Made by a program: the position numbers and the translations under genes. Shown piece after piece: positions 40,576 through 53,464 of a stretch of 64,000 nucleotides of DNA. Where the stretch lies: assembly GCA_965235115.1 (NCBI GenBank), contig OZ249448.1:18972001-19036000 (forward strand), written 5' to 3'. The DNA is from Laetmonice hystrix (Eukaryota). Below the pieces are notes generated by a model that was not told the DNA's origin, ran no database searches, and saw nothing but the letters and a program-made list of their open reading frames with translations. Position 1 is the stretch's first letter. The number at the start of each line of letters is the position of its first letter.

Positions 40576-40836
40576 AAACCATGACGTCCCAACCACCCGC
40601 TACCCATCCACCCCGAGCGTCCATTGTTGCGCTCCCTGGCGGACAGAAGAGCCGGGTTCAAAGGTAGAGTTGGAGGACTTGATCCGGGGAACAATCCGGA
40701 GAGATTATAATGGGGTAGGGGGCAGTGAAACAATGCTTAATGGTGAGCCGGATCTTTAATTATCCAAATACGGCCGGCCTTTGTTTCTTACCGTCGGTCC
40801 CGTAACCAGGACGGGTGTCATCAGATGGGCAAGGAA

Positions 40837-40909
40837 GGGGGTTGAGGGGTGGGAGGGGGTGAGGGGTGGGAAGGGGGTGAGGGGTGGGAAGGGGAACGGG
40901 GGGGGGGGG
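40837..40909 (+). repeat. G-run array (potential G-quadruplex)
   Basis: More than 8 runs of 3 or more G with short loops (ggggtgggaagggggtga repeats). Confidence 0.6.
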
Positions 40910-41730
40910 TGCTCCAGAAAACGTGCTCAGTAATCTGTCTGAAGACTGAGGGTTGAGGTCACACATCCCTCCAAGGAGGCCAGGAAAAATCCAACTTTGA
41001 AATGACAGTAATGATCTGATAAGGTTACAAAATGACACACTGTTTAAAGATCCTTGTCAATGTAATTCGTCCTTGATATCATACACATTAACTAACGTCA
41101 CTAGAACTCACTATAACAGCTGTGAATAACTCTGATCAACCAATTTACAGCCCAAGCACAAAGCTAATAGCAATTTTATAAACAGAAAATGATAGATTAC
41201 CCGGATATTTAATTGCTATAATTCTCTGGCAGTTCAAATTTGTGCATTGAAAGCTGCTATCACATCAACAATTTCCACTTTCTTCAAATCATTTGTACGC
41301 AATTTATTTAAAATGGATCTTTAGGGATAACCTATGGTCCCGTAAAGTACTTCAATGGAAGATTAGATGAAATTAGCAAACTTTGCTGAGGTTGGTCCAT
41401 GTGGTGTGCGACCAGTGAGAAGGAAAGCCATCTGTATATCGCCGGAGCAGCCACATGTTCACTTCGATCCTTATCTCGGCCGTCTTAAGCTAATCCAATC
41501 ACGATGAGTGATGAACAATGATTGTCCAATAGGCTGGCCGTGAACGCCGGCTGAAATCAGCGCCATTTTGTCCCGAGTCCGTTAACTCAACCTGTTCATT
41601 TGGCAAGCGGGGCTAAATGTAATCATGGGCTGGGTGGCTTTCTCTACGTCTGCCGCGCATGCTTTACGTACGAATTACTCAACGTTCAGTTGTCTCATCC
41701 ATCTCGATGGTAGCCACGTAACTCACCGAC

Positions 41731-41748
41731 AGACCACCTAGTGGTCAC
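41731..41748 (-). promoter_or_regulatory. CTCF-like motif GTGACCACTAGGTGGTCT
   Basis: Motif match by eye. Confidence 0.2.
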
Positions 41749-42257
41749 TTTCAATACCTCACGCACAAAGGCAATCGGCTTGTCTGCTGCCTACTGACCC
41801 ATTACTCTCAATACGGGCAGCAAATTACCCTTCAACCAGCTCCTCCGGGTATTCCGCTCAAATTTCGCCTCTCCTAGCTTAAATTATGAGTGTAGTAACA
41901 TGCAAAGATGAGATATTTTTCAGCGTAATGATGCTAACACGGAAGCAGGTTGTCAGACTCTGCCCCCGGTTTGCCCCTGTGCCCGCCGACCTGGGGTAAC
42001 AAGGCTACCATGTTGCTATACTATTTACAGCAAATCATGCGAAAACAGTATTTTTTCATTCGAAAACATTAACCAATTGCCGAAAATCAATAATCATTGC
42101 GGTGAATTTGTTGATGGAGTTCGTGCTCTCATGGTTACTTCAGAGAACTGTTACCTCTCCGGTGCCGGACAACACGACAAGGTCTAGGAGTACAGGGTCG
42201 CATCCTGTCAACACAAAAAGCCTTCAGCCACAGCGGCAGGCCAAAAGCTTGGCCTGA

Positions 42258-42275
42258 GGGCACCCCCTGGTGATC
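42258..42275 (-). promoter_or_regulatory. CTCF-like motif GATCACCAGGGGGTGCCC
   Basis: Motif match by eye. Confidence 0.25.
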
Positions 42276-42563
42276 CGAACTCCGATGGCATGCCATCAAT
42301 AGATCACACTAAGTTTGATCTTTTAGCAGACTTTTAAGCGCGCTCAGTAGGCGGCGGTCTTTGGAATGCCTTGTTCATCAAGTGACCACTTTGTATCCAA
42401 TCGACTGGCGGCTCTCATTACGACTCTGGCATGAACCGAACGTGCTCACGTCTCCAGGCCAGGGAGTCCACCACGGCAGCAGTCCTCACACAGACACAAT
42501 TCTTTGGTTTCAGGTTACAATCCAGTTCCCCGCTACATAACACAATTCACATTTTGTGGTTAC

Positions 42564-42618
42564 CTTTTTCAAAGTTTGGTTTATTAGTCTTTTTTTCTTC
42601 AAGTGCTGTGATAGCCCA
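42564..42618 (-). CDS. Candidate 55-nt exon (WAITALEEKKTNKPNFEK in phase 0)
   Basis: Acceptor cggccttttttcag and donor AAG|gtaacc; two frames open; could be chance. Confidence 0.18.
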
Positions 42619-43758
42619 CTGAAAAAAGGCCGATATAATTAGGAAATACCTCTGGGTGAGCTTCAACAAGAGCGGATTTGTCATCTATAGACGACAATTC
42701 GTTAACCCTGTCCAACCCGAGAAAGTTGTATTAAACGTAAACCCCACACAGATTGTACGTATACTGATGATCGTCTACCAATAGCTAGTCTATCACCTGT
42801 CAACCAACTTTTACTTATACGTCTAAAACCTGCCAACACCACGCCAAACTCCCGCTTCGAATCCAGGCCAAATTAACCACAATCTTTCCAAGTGGCCGCA
42901 ATCATTGCCACCCCGTCGCCACCTGCCAAGTAACCCCGATCAGAGTCTGCCCACACCTTTATTTCATTTCCTCTATTATCACCCTATTTTCTAGGTGCGA
43001 TGTTATTTGTAGAAAAATTGACCAGCGTGACACTAAAGTCGTTTGGGTGGTGCAATGAGAAGCTGTCTACATGAGGTGTTGACGCTCACCGACAGCTGTC
43101 GTTAGACAAGGTGAGAATCCAGGTACAATAAGGTGAGTTACCTAACGGTAAGTGACCACACCTTCACAATTATCATCAACCAAGTGGCAACCATTCCCAC
43201 CTTAGGTTTAATGACAACAATTTGTAGAGCTTCATCAGTGACGAGAGCACACATGAAGCAGTAGTTGCCAGGACAACTCTGTACACATCCAGTTTCTGCT
43301 CCAAATCACCCCCCCCCCCTCCACCACACTATCCAGGTTATCCGTAAACCACCCGAACATCATCAACCATAACAATCAAAATCTGGCTCTGCTGGTTTTT
43401 TTAAAAAAAATTTTTATTAAATTAAATGTTTGCTCCCACAAGTAATTCAAGAAGTAGACCTCTGTCACCTCAATGTCCCAAGTCTCTGGTCAGGAGACAC
43501 CGTGTGGAACTACGAGTCTCTCAACTGGGGTCTCAATTCACAGCTAAGTACGCTTGCCCTCGGCCACTGAAAATTATCGCCAACAAGAAGTATTGTCTCC
43601 ATACCACATATTCTATCTGTATCTCTATCAATGACTATTCTTCATTAAACCCGTTTCGATGGATTGCCCCTTGAATACCTCCTCTAACCCAGGCGGGTCA
43701 TTCATTCTCGGTCTCAACCCAAGAGTTACGACACTCAGCAGTCTGGTCAGTCCTCGAT

Positions 43759-43868
43759 GTGAGGACCGAGTCTCGCCCCGTGTTTGGGGTCCTCGACGTG
43801 AGGACCGAGTCTCGCCCCGTGTTTGGGGTCCTCCACGTGAGGACCGAGTCTCGCCCCGTGTTTGGGTG
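43759..43868. repeat. 39-bp minisatellite, ~3 copies, each with an internal GAGGACC...GGTCCTC stem
   Basis: gtgaggaccgagtctcgccccgtgtttggggtcctc(g/c)ac at 43759, 43798 and 43837. Confidence 0.92.
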
Positions 43869-44361
43869 AAGTGGTTAGTCCTGGCATTCTCCACCACGTG
43901 TCTGTACCGATTGTTCACCTGGACAATCGACCTAGAGATCCCGACCGACAACCAGGCGCCATTCCGACCACTGGCCTTTCCCTGGGTACTGGCGGCCGGC
44001 GGGAAGTTTCTGATCCTCGCCAACTACCGGGTCTTTGTTTGTCTGATTAACCCACCTATACCACTCACAGAGCCAACTTGTCATGTACCCTCCAAACTTT
44101 AAACTCTTTTTACCCAATCAAGGTCAAGTGACGTCAATAATGGTGTAAGGGGGTGTGTCCAATCTCCCCAACATCACTGATACTGGGCATTGCTCAGTTT
44201 TTGAAACATGAAATCGTAAATAAATTGGTTGGGTGTTAATTTCTGTCCTCTATAATGACCTTCCCCATCCAATGACTTGCCTGTCCATGGAAACTTGTAC
44301 ATATATTATCTATGACTGCCGATGTAAACTGCGCAGCCACATCAGAGATAGCCATGGGAAC

Positions 44362-44728
44362 TGTGACCACCAAGTGTTCCCTCAACCTCTGCCGATGCCA
44401 GTGGCATCTTTTGGTTACCGCCTGTGACCATCAAGTGTTCCCTCACCCTCTGCCGATGCCAGTGGCATCTTTTGGTTACCGCCTGTGACCACCAAGTGTT
44501 CCCTCACCCTCTGCCGATGCCAGTGGCATTTTTTGGTTACCGCCTGTGACCATCAAGTGTTCCCTCACCCTCTGCCGATGTCAGTGGCATCTTTTGGTGA
44601 TCGCCTGTGACCACCAAGTGTTCCCTCACCCTCTGCCGATGCTAGTGGCATCTTTTGGTTACCGCCTGTGACCATCAAGTGTTCCCTCACCCTCTGCCGA
44701 TGCCAGTGGCATCTTTTGGTGATCGCCT
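44362..44728. repeat. 61-bp minisatellite, 6 copies
   Basis: tgtgaccaccaagtgttccctcaccctctgccgatgccagtggcatcttttggttaccgcc at 61-bp spacing. Confidence 0.95.
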
Positions 44729-47421
44729 CGACCACCTATACGTGCCACATTCCCATCACCCCACCCTAGCACTATAACTGTGGGATTGGCCAACACGATA
44801 AAAACATTGTTGGCTCAGCAGTGTTTGCTACATTTGGCCTGAAGGTGAGCTTCATTGTGTGGTTTAACTGATGGCAGTTTGTAGCCAGAATGTGTGCCAG
44901 AAATCAACACAGACAAGGTGAGCCGACATGTCCGTGGTGTCAGCACAATCCATACTTATCTGTTCAAAGTCCTTTCTGTGATTTTGGACATTAATAGAGA
45001 CACAACTCAAGAGGGGGTGTACATGTTTTAGTGTCTACATTGGATAAAAGAGCAAACTTAAGTCCAGAATCTCGGTTTTCGAAGACTACTATCTGTGTGT
45101 ATTATCACGAAAACTTGTTTTCAAGGCTACAGGTTGGATTTAGACATGTCTGAAGACGAATGTTGACAAAAGTGGAACCAATTGAAAGTCCCCTACCCGC
45201 ACTGCCACACCAATATGACCTGAAACCCAGTCTGGAAGTAAATGCTCCAAGTAAATGATAGAACCATTCGGCCTACACACACGGTCTGACCTCTATTTTG
45301 GCTCAGCTCTATCTAACCAGGTGAATTCGAGAAGTCCAGAACCACTCGGAGAATGTCAGTAAAGTGGAGGTGGCAGGGACCATCTAGTCATGACATAGTC
45401 AATCCGATCATTTATCTAACTACCATCAGTACCTGAAGTCCTACAGACCACTCAGAGGTCATTAGTAGGTCACTGGTAAGGATTCCAAGGTCAAGCAAGG
45501 AGTGGTCACTAAGCTCCTGGGGGTGATCGGGCTGGACAGGACGGTGGTACAGGGGGAGATGTCTTCTTGTAAACCCGACAAAATGATCGCCGACAGGACA
45601 TCCGATTCTTGCTGGCTATGTAATTACAGATATAATCTACACCGCTGTACAATTTTTCATTTTTTAACCTCCCTCTCCTAAGTTTCTGCTTTAATTGTGT
45701 TATTAATCATTCCTTACGTTTTATCAATATTGGTGGGATAGGAAAAGAAAGCAGAATCATAATTATTCATTGTGAGCAGTAATATGAAGCAATTCCTACA
45801 TTTGTCAATATAATTATCATAATCGAGGAAAGTGCGGCAGTTCCTTTTGCTTCCTTGGATTTCTTTTCCCGACAGGGATTTCTGCGTATGTTTCCATATT
45901 ATATAAATTGCAAACCACAAATTTCAGTCAGCAAGAAGAATTTCTATGGCAAGATAAATGGAATTTATCATTGGTAACATTTATCTTTTCTAATTACAGA
46001 TAATTTCATTCTGATAACAACTACAAAAGACCAGATTACCTAACATCCATTCAAGTTTCATTCACTACCAAAAAGGTAAGAATTAATGTTGAATGAAAGA
46101 ATAATAATTCCCCCTTCTACATGTACAATATCATCGTTGTTTGGCGATCACCCGACATTGCTGATCACATCATGATCACCGCATTATTCGTGAAGAAAGT
46201 TAGTACAAGCAGTATTTTACCGGTACATGTCACCAGAAGTACAAAAATAATTGTAAGAATCAACAATGCTGAGCCCTTCCTGTACTGTTCTTAGTGTGAC
46301 ACTCGACTGGTCCTCAACCCGACTCCGTCCGTTCCCGACCAGAGTGCTCAGTGATTCATTATGCTCTAGTTGACAACTCAAGTCAGGAGAGAATTTAACT
46401 TGAGCATTTCTCGGAAATGTTTGATTTCATACTGGCTCAACTTGACGGGTTTTCATGTGGTATGTGCTGACAGATTGTCCACCTGCCGGGGTAAGGCTGT
46501 GTCCCAGGGCCACCTGCCCCCAGCCGTCCCTCCGGGTGTCTGCCGTGACCCGTGTCAGTACGGACGATATGTCCAGACCAGCCTTACCTCTTCCAACACT
46601 CCGGCAGCTGGGCAGTGGTCGACCGTCGGATCTCTACAGATCAGGGGTGGGGGTGGGGGTGGGGTGGGGGTGCCAGGGACGGGTGGGGTAAACATACCGG
46701 GTATCATTACAACTGACACAACTACAACACAATTTATACAGGAAAGGAAACCCCGACCGAGGTAATCATTACAGATTCCATGATTTGCTCCGTAAGACTG
46801 CTAATGTCAACTCCTTCAAATGTCAATGTCTCACAGTAACGGGTTTTCTCATGAAAGATACCTAACAACCACAGCTCCTGGTATTCAGCCAGACGGGTCT
46901 GTCGTAGTAATCAAAACCTAAATACGACCATCACATTCACTTCCCTATGTAGGGAGGTATGTCTATTCTGGTGGTTTCAATGGTTGCAGCGGTCAATATC
47001 TCACTGCGCCAATATAACACAGGTAGTTCCTGCCTTTAAATGCTAATGAACTGACACGTGGGCCCTGAATGTAACTGTGAACTGCTGACTGTTCACCCTT
47101 GTCTCGCACACGGCGGAGTGATTGTGCAAGCGTGCTTGGCTATGGCGAGTCTGGGACTGGGTCTATACAATGGCTGGCTCCGACCTGTCTACCTACTCGT
47201 GCCAACAAAGCCACCTTGTTGAATGGCAAGGCCCAGTGGTCACACATCCAGCGTGGCCGGCCGTACGTCCGGCCCGCCGGCCGACTCCAGACCGCCCCTG
47301 GTCCCGCCCGGCCCTGTACGGTAACCTCATGAATCATGAACTCCATGTATCAATACTGTATTGAATGATACCACATTATACTGATGAAAACGGCATTATT
47401 CTATACGGCTGTCACTCATAT

Positions 47422-47752
47422 CTCAGCCTACATGTATAGAACTCAGCCTACATGTATAGAACTCAGCCTACATGTATAGAACTCAGCCTACATGTCAGCC
47501 TACACGTATAGAACTCAGCCTACACGTATAGAACTCAGCCTACATGTATAGAACTCAGCCTACATGTATAGAACTCAGCCTACATGTATAGAACTCAGCC
47601 TACATGTATAGAACTCAGCCTACATGTATAGAACTCAGCCTACATGTATAAAACTCAGCCTACAAGTATAGAACTCAGCCTACATGTATAGAACTCAGCC
47701 TACATGTATAGAACTCAGCCTACATGTATAGAACTCAGCCTACATGTATAGA
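47422..47752. repeat. 20-bp minisatellite, ~16-17 copies
   Basis: ctcagcctacatgtatagaa; contains the palindrome TACATGTA; one truncated unit near 47490. Confidence 0.95.
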
Positions 47753-48204
47753 CAAGACAACATTCATACTCCAAGTTTACGGTATTATTCCACTAAAAGG
47801 CCGCCAGCCAAGATCACGCACCCTGATCATTCAAAACGAGAACCGCTATCTGGACTACGCAATACATCGAACACTTAATATCCTTCTGATGTATTTGATT
47901 CATTCTGTTATAACACAATTCTCCAACTAGATTTACTACATCTGAAGTGTAGGAAGCCATGAAGTATGTGACCCTCGTCTGAGCGTGGAGTCTGGTAGAA
48001 TCTGCCCACACAAACAACCGTTCGGAGACGTCTGCTGCTGCGGCGGCCGAGTTCAAAGTGACAAATGGTGTCGGCACTACTGGCGAGTGGCAGGACGACG
48101 TGGGTCTGGCAGGAGGACGCCATCAGATACGGCCGTGTCATCATGACACCATCCTCATTATCACAACTCATCTCTCTTGTCCACCTCTAGAACACCTGCT
48201 GCCC

Positions 48205-48217
48205 AGGTCAAAGGTCA
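48205..48217 (+). promoter_or_regulatory. Perfect DR1 nuclear-receptor element AGGTCA A AGGTCA
   Basis: Exact consensus match (type bound by HNF4, COUP-TF and RXR); motif only. Confidence 0.3.
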
Positions 48218-48799
48218 ACAAGGCCATGACTCCTCTTAACCATATCAACTGTTACACAGGAGCAGAATGGCACGACTTCAATAACATCTCATCAACGTCA
48301 AAAACGTTTCTTTTCAACTCCTTCTCAGCGTTAAATTTGGTTACTTCTACTTTGGCATTTTCACAAGAAAAAGCGCGTTTTTGTCAGATTATTTTTTCAA
48401 TCTTTATTTAATGAACTAACATCACTGCTTTACTTTCTTCTCTCTTCAACAACAAAAAACTAATGGAGGAAAAAGGAACAATGCTTTTTGGCTTTCTTTC
48501 TCATCTATGAGAGCCGAAACTCTGTCAGATTATAAGTTAATAATTTGTTGCCATCATTATTCCGTACCTTAATTCAGGTTCCAGAAATCCAGAAGTCAAG
48601 ATATCCGTGCATTCCATATTCAGTTCTTGATGAGATTACCTGATTACCTTTGGTTGATCATAATCTCATTGCAATCGTCTAAAGATATTAACTAGGTCAT
48701 AGATAACCTTTACGTTTCCTTGGGTCTGCCTGAGTCATGATGAGTGTTGTGTGCATGTTTTAAAGCCGTAATGACAGTCGTCTTCAACGCCACCTCCGT

Positions 48800-49116
48800 A
48801 CTGTAAGTAGTACGACAGACCCACCAGGCGGCACGACATTGTAAGTAGTACGACAGACCCACCAGGCGGCACGACATTGTAAGTAGTACGACAGACCCAC
48901 CAGGCGGCACGACATTGTAAGTAGTACCACAGACCCACCAGGCGGCACGATACTGTAAGTAGTACCACAGACCCACCAGGCGGCACGATACTGTAAGTAG
49001 TACCACAGACCCACCAGGCGGCACGATACTGTAAGTAGTGCCACAGACCCACCAGGCGGCTCGATATTGTAAGTAGTACCACAGACCCACCAGGCAGCAC
49101 GATATTGTAAGTAGTG
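48800..49116. repeat. 38-bp minisatellite, ~8 copies
   Basis: tgtaagtagtaccacagacccaccaggcggcacgatac at 38-bp spacing. Confidence 0.95.
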
Positions 49117-49945
49117 CATGACAAGTCGACTTTGCTGCGGGTATCTCTGAACGTGGTTTGTCCGAGATGGCGACGTTCTGCATGATCTCCATCACACTAC
49201 ACTTCAACATTTTGGATAACAAGTCTTTCCTTTATTATATTTGTCTGATTTATTTCCATTAAACATACTACCAAAAAATGGATTAAATAAAGCATACGTG
49301 AGGGTCAACCGGGACTTCGTGTCAGCAGTACATCAGACACCCAGTGGCTGTCTCCCTCCATCAACGTCTCATCGTATCAGAGACACGGAGAGGCTTTAGA
49401 AGCCAGCGGGACTTTTTGCCGTGTCTCTGATCGTTTTTATTTCAGAAGGAAGGCAGGGTAGCAGGGAGGTCTTGATGCGTGCGATCAGAGCGTGACCATT
49501 CCTACCGTCACGCCACCGCCGCGCTCCGTTACACCTGGCTACCATGGCAACCAGCTCAGGTGTACCACCAGGTGACACATCTCCACATGTTTACTTACCG
49601 CATGCCAAAAAGGATTTTTGCTTTTCTCTCTTCAGATCTGAGAAAGGTTTTTTTTCTGCCCTGATGTAGAACTAACGGGCGACCACGAGTGATTGAGTAC
49701 AGTAAGGTTGTTGGGGGACTGTCATGTTAGCTTCCCATCTCAAAGTGCCCCTTGCCCTGTTGGTAGTGTCATCACTGCGTGGAGTAGAGGAGGGGGGGGG
49801 GGGCTGTTGATACTTCATACCTGTTTACACTCCTCAGTACAAATGTTGGTTTTTCTACTGTACACAACTCTAATGACAGTGAACGATGGAGGCCGGTAAA
49901 ACGATGATGATACAGGATGAGTTCCTAACAGTTTCCAAACTCATG

Positions 49946-51420
49946 GGGTATCACTTCAACACCTACAAATAACCTCGAGTTACGGTAACCAAACACACGG
50001 GTATCACTTCAACACCTACAAATAACCTCGAGTTACGGTAACCAAACACACGGGTATCACTTCAACACCTACAAATAACCTCGAGTTACCGTAGCCAAAC
50101 ACACGGGTATCACTTCAACACCTACAAATAACCTTGAGTTACGGTAACCAAACACACGGGTATCACAACACCTACAAATAACCTCCAGTTACCGTAACCA
50201 AACACACGGGTATCACTTCAACACCTACAAATAACCTCGAGTTACCGTAACCAAACACACGGCTATCACTTCAACACCTACAAACAACCTTCAGTTACCG
50301 TAACCAAACACACGGGTATCACAACACCTACAAACAACCTTCAGTTACCGTAACCAAACACACGGGTATCACTTCAACACATACCAATAACCTCGAGTTA
50401 CCGTAACCAAACACACGGGTATCACTTCAACACCTACCAATAACCTCGAGATACCGTAACCAAACACACGGGTATCACTTCAACACCTACCAATAACCTC
50501 CAGTTACCGTAACCAAACACACGGGTATCACTTCAACACCTACAAATAACCTCCAGTTACCGTAACCAAACACACGGGTATCACTTCAACACCTACCAAT
50601 AACCTCGAGATACCGTAACCAAACACACGGGTATCACTTCAACACCTACCAATAACCTCCAGTTACCGTAACCAAACACACGGGTATCACTTCAACACCT
50701 ACAAATAACCTCGAGTTACCGTAACCAAACACACGGGTATCACAACACCTACAAATAACCTCGAGTTACCGTAACCAAACACACGGCTATCACTTCAACA
50801 CCTACAAATAACCTCCAGTTACCGTAACCAAACACACGGGTATCACTTCAACACCTACAAATAACCTCGAGTTACCGTAACCAAACACACGGGTATCACT
50901 TCAACACCTACAAATAACCTCGAGTTACCGTAACCAAACACACGGGTATCACTTCAACACCTACAAATAACCTTCAGTTACCGTAACCAAACACACTGGT
51001 ATCACTTCAACACCTACAAATAACCTTGAGTTACCGTAACCAAACACACGGGTATCACAACACCTACAAACAACCTTCAGTTACCGTAACCAAACACACG
51101 GGTATCACAACACCTACAAACAACCTTCAGTTACCGTAACCAAACACACGGCTATCACTTCAACACCTACAAATAACCTCGAGTTACCGTAACCAAACAC
51201 ACGGGTATCACTTCAACACCTACAAATAACCTCGTTACCGTAACCAAACACACGGGTATCACAACACCTACAAACAACCTTCAGTTACCGTAACCAAACA
51301 CACGGGTATCACTTCAACACCTACAAATAACCTCGTTACCGTAACCAAACACACGGGTATCACAACACCTACAAACAACCTTCAGTTACCGTAACCAAAC
51401 ACACGGGTATCACTTCAACA
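49946..51420. repeat. 53-bp minisatellite, ~28 copies, with 50- and 51-bp deletion variants
   Basis: gggtatcacttcaacacctacaaataacctcgagttaccgtaaccaaacacac; recurring ctt and ag deletions. Confidence 0.97.
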
Positions 51421-52312
51421 TCTCCCAGATATAATCCAGTAAAAATTTCACGGCCAACAGGAGGAACGTTTAGGTCGATACTGACCCTAGGCCTATGGAT
51501 CTCCGCCTTTTTATGGACGCTGCCAACTTGACTTTGTCTCCACTGCCCCTCCACTTAGACTCCCTATTCAAAAACCCTGAACTCTACACAGGTCCTAGCC
51601 GTCCTAAAGCCCCACCACGGCCCGGGGGAGTGCAGTAAGGCCACCGTTCACAGCCACTACCTGAGTATTAGGCTAGACCTACAACCTCCGTACATGAACC
51701 ACAAACAGGTACCCCTACCTTCACTTAGGATCTAGCAACCAACTACTAGATTGTCAGACAGGACCTTTTCGTGATAAAAATGGGCACTGGTGGTAGATGT
51801 TAAGGACATGAATGTTTTACAACTGTCACATTAAACCGGAGTACATCCTGGCATGCCAACACTTTGAAAACCCTTCAAACGTGCCACGGATTTTACTTTC
51901 TCCACTTGCAAATGGGCATTGGCAGGCAATCACATTTCAAGGACAAAGAGGTCAGTTCAGTCTTCACCTGACTACTCCAAGATGGTCTGTATTCTCCTAT
52001 TTCTTTCTTATATAAGAGGCGATGAGTGGGGCGAGGGATGGGGTAGAGAAATGCTTGAGTGTCAGATTGGAGAAGATCTATGAGGCAGGTCATAAAACCC
52101 TCTGACTGAGGCACTCATCACATGTCAACATTAGACATTATGTTACAAAAAAAATTTAACCTGTTAGTGCCCTGAAGATGGCCTAAAGTTCCCATTCCAC
52201 AGAGTGTAAAACCACTTCTGATTTCTTCATAATTCACAAAATGAAAAACATAATATCAAAACGCAGCAATTTCAATCACATACAGGTATTGTCACATATG
52301 TAACTACATATA

Positions 52313-53173
52313 TATATCGGGTGGATAAAAAAAAACGCCCCGAACTTTAAACTCCAATATTTCAAAAAGTATTGATTGTAATTCAATGAAATTTTTCTTA
52401 CTATCACTTCATGATGTTGTCTCTTAGTTGTTAATGTTACAACTCAATAGCTTGGATAATATTTTCGTAGCGCTAAAAACAAAAATCATTGTACAAAAGC
52501 GCAATGCCGGGCTAAAGCGAGTGGTAGTCGCACAAGTCCCTGGCCTCACACTAGAGTAGGTGGTCAATCGGTCCCCCGTTTTCACTTCATACTGCTCTCA
52601 GTCTCTTTTTACATGCGCCAATGCACTTCCTGATCTCTGATAGGGAATTATCTTCCCATTATTGGGAAATAAGCAGCGTTCTGAACGTGTTTCTAAACGT
52701 GATAATGATACGATTTCCCTTAAACTTCTGGTTACAGTCATATCGTCCTAATGTTGCAGTTTCTCTGTAGGGTTTGGCAAATTAAACATCTGGGTTTCTC
52801 TAGAAGTACTAGGAATAGCACTTAATTTATTATATCTAGTGGTTCACAACATTATATATAATGTAAAACATGCAAAAACTAAATATTGAAAACTTCTTTA
52901 CCCAAGGTACAATGCGGTGCATCAAATAAGTGTCAAATTGGACACCTGGCAGCTGCATGATATTTGACCTAATTCCGGCATTGTGTTTCTAGACACTGAT
53001 TTTTGTTTTTAGTGCCACGGGATTAATATCAAAGCTATTGAGCTGAAACTTTAACATACAAGAGATAATATCACGAAGTTATATTAAGAGAAATTTGATT
53101 GAATTATAATGGATAGTTTTGGAGATATTAAAGTTTAAAGTTCGGGGCGTTTTTTTTTTATCCACCCGATATA
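52313..53173. mobile_element. Non-autonomous Tc1/mariner-superfamily DNA transposon (~860 bp, deletion derivative or MITE-like)
   Basis: Terminal atatatcgggtggataaaaaaaaacgccccgaactttaaact mirrored by agtttaaagttcggggcgtttttttttatccacccgatatat; imperfect inverted similarity extends ~200 bp (to aatgccgg ~52510 and ccggcatt ~52973); TA flanks; internal transposase remnant. Confidence 0.88.
52552..52658 (-). pseudogene. Decayed Tc1/mariner transposase C-terminus: WEDNSLSEIRKCIGACKKRLRAV*SENGGPIDHLL*
   Basis: Matches the W..I....IR..I....KRLxAV....GG.I.H ending typical of IS630-Tc1-mariner transposases; internal stop; lies inside the TIRs. Confidence 0.7.
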
Positions 53174-53413
53174 TGGAATAGCCATTAAGTAGAGTGTCTA
53201 AAACACAAATTTTCAGGCGGTTTCATAACTGTGCATACTAAAAGCTGTTGTTCAGGATGCCATTCCCCCCGTCCCCATAGTCCCCAACCCCTCAATAAGG
53301 GCTATAATAAAGTAAAGAAAACAGATTAAACCAGTTAAGCTACTTCTGGCAGAGTCCGTATCAATGTTACTACTATTTGGTCAAGTAAATGTTGAATAAA
53401 TAACAGTACACAC

Positions 53414-53464
53414 CTTAGCCAATCTATCTGACTTGGGTCTGGAAACGACGAAAGGAGAACTCAC
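53414..53464 (-). other. Candidate recursive splice site (AG|GTGAGT) with a 51-nt RS-exon (VSSPFVVSRPKSDRLAK)
   Basis: gttctctttatgttttcttacag immediately followed by gtgagt; downstream donor AAG|gtgtgt exactly 51 nt later; open in phase 0. Confidence 0.35.

Noticed and set aside
39752-40733. 168-295-aa ORFs over the 87-bp array
   Set aside because: Repeat-derived; many non-synonymous variants and frameshifting (ct)n and poly-C changes.
41519-41531. tgattgtccaa matches the start of miR-219
   Set aside because: Only 11 nt match; the remainder diverges and no hairpin partner is evident.
41826-41841. cccttcaaccagct resembles the 3' part of miR-133
   Set aside because: The seed (TTGGTCC) is absent and there is no complementary 5' arm upstream.
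42850-42875. cttcgaatcc as a tRNA or SINE B-box
   Set aside because: No A-box or cloverleaf upstream.
51369-51554. REIFTGLYLGD resembles the dual-specificity phosphatase I.P.LYLG motif
   Set aside because: No usable acceptor after the in-frame stop, it runs straight into the 53-bp array, and no HCxxGxxR exon was found.
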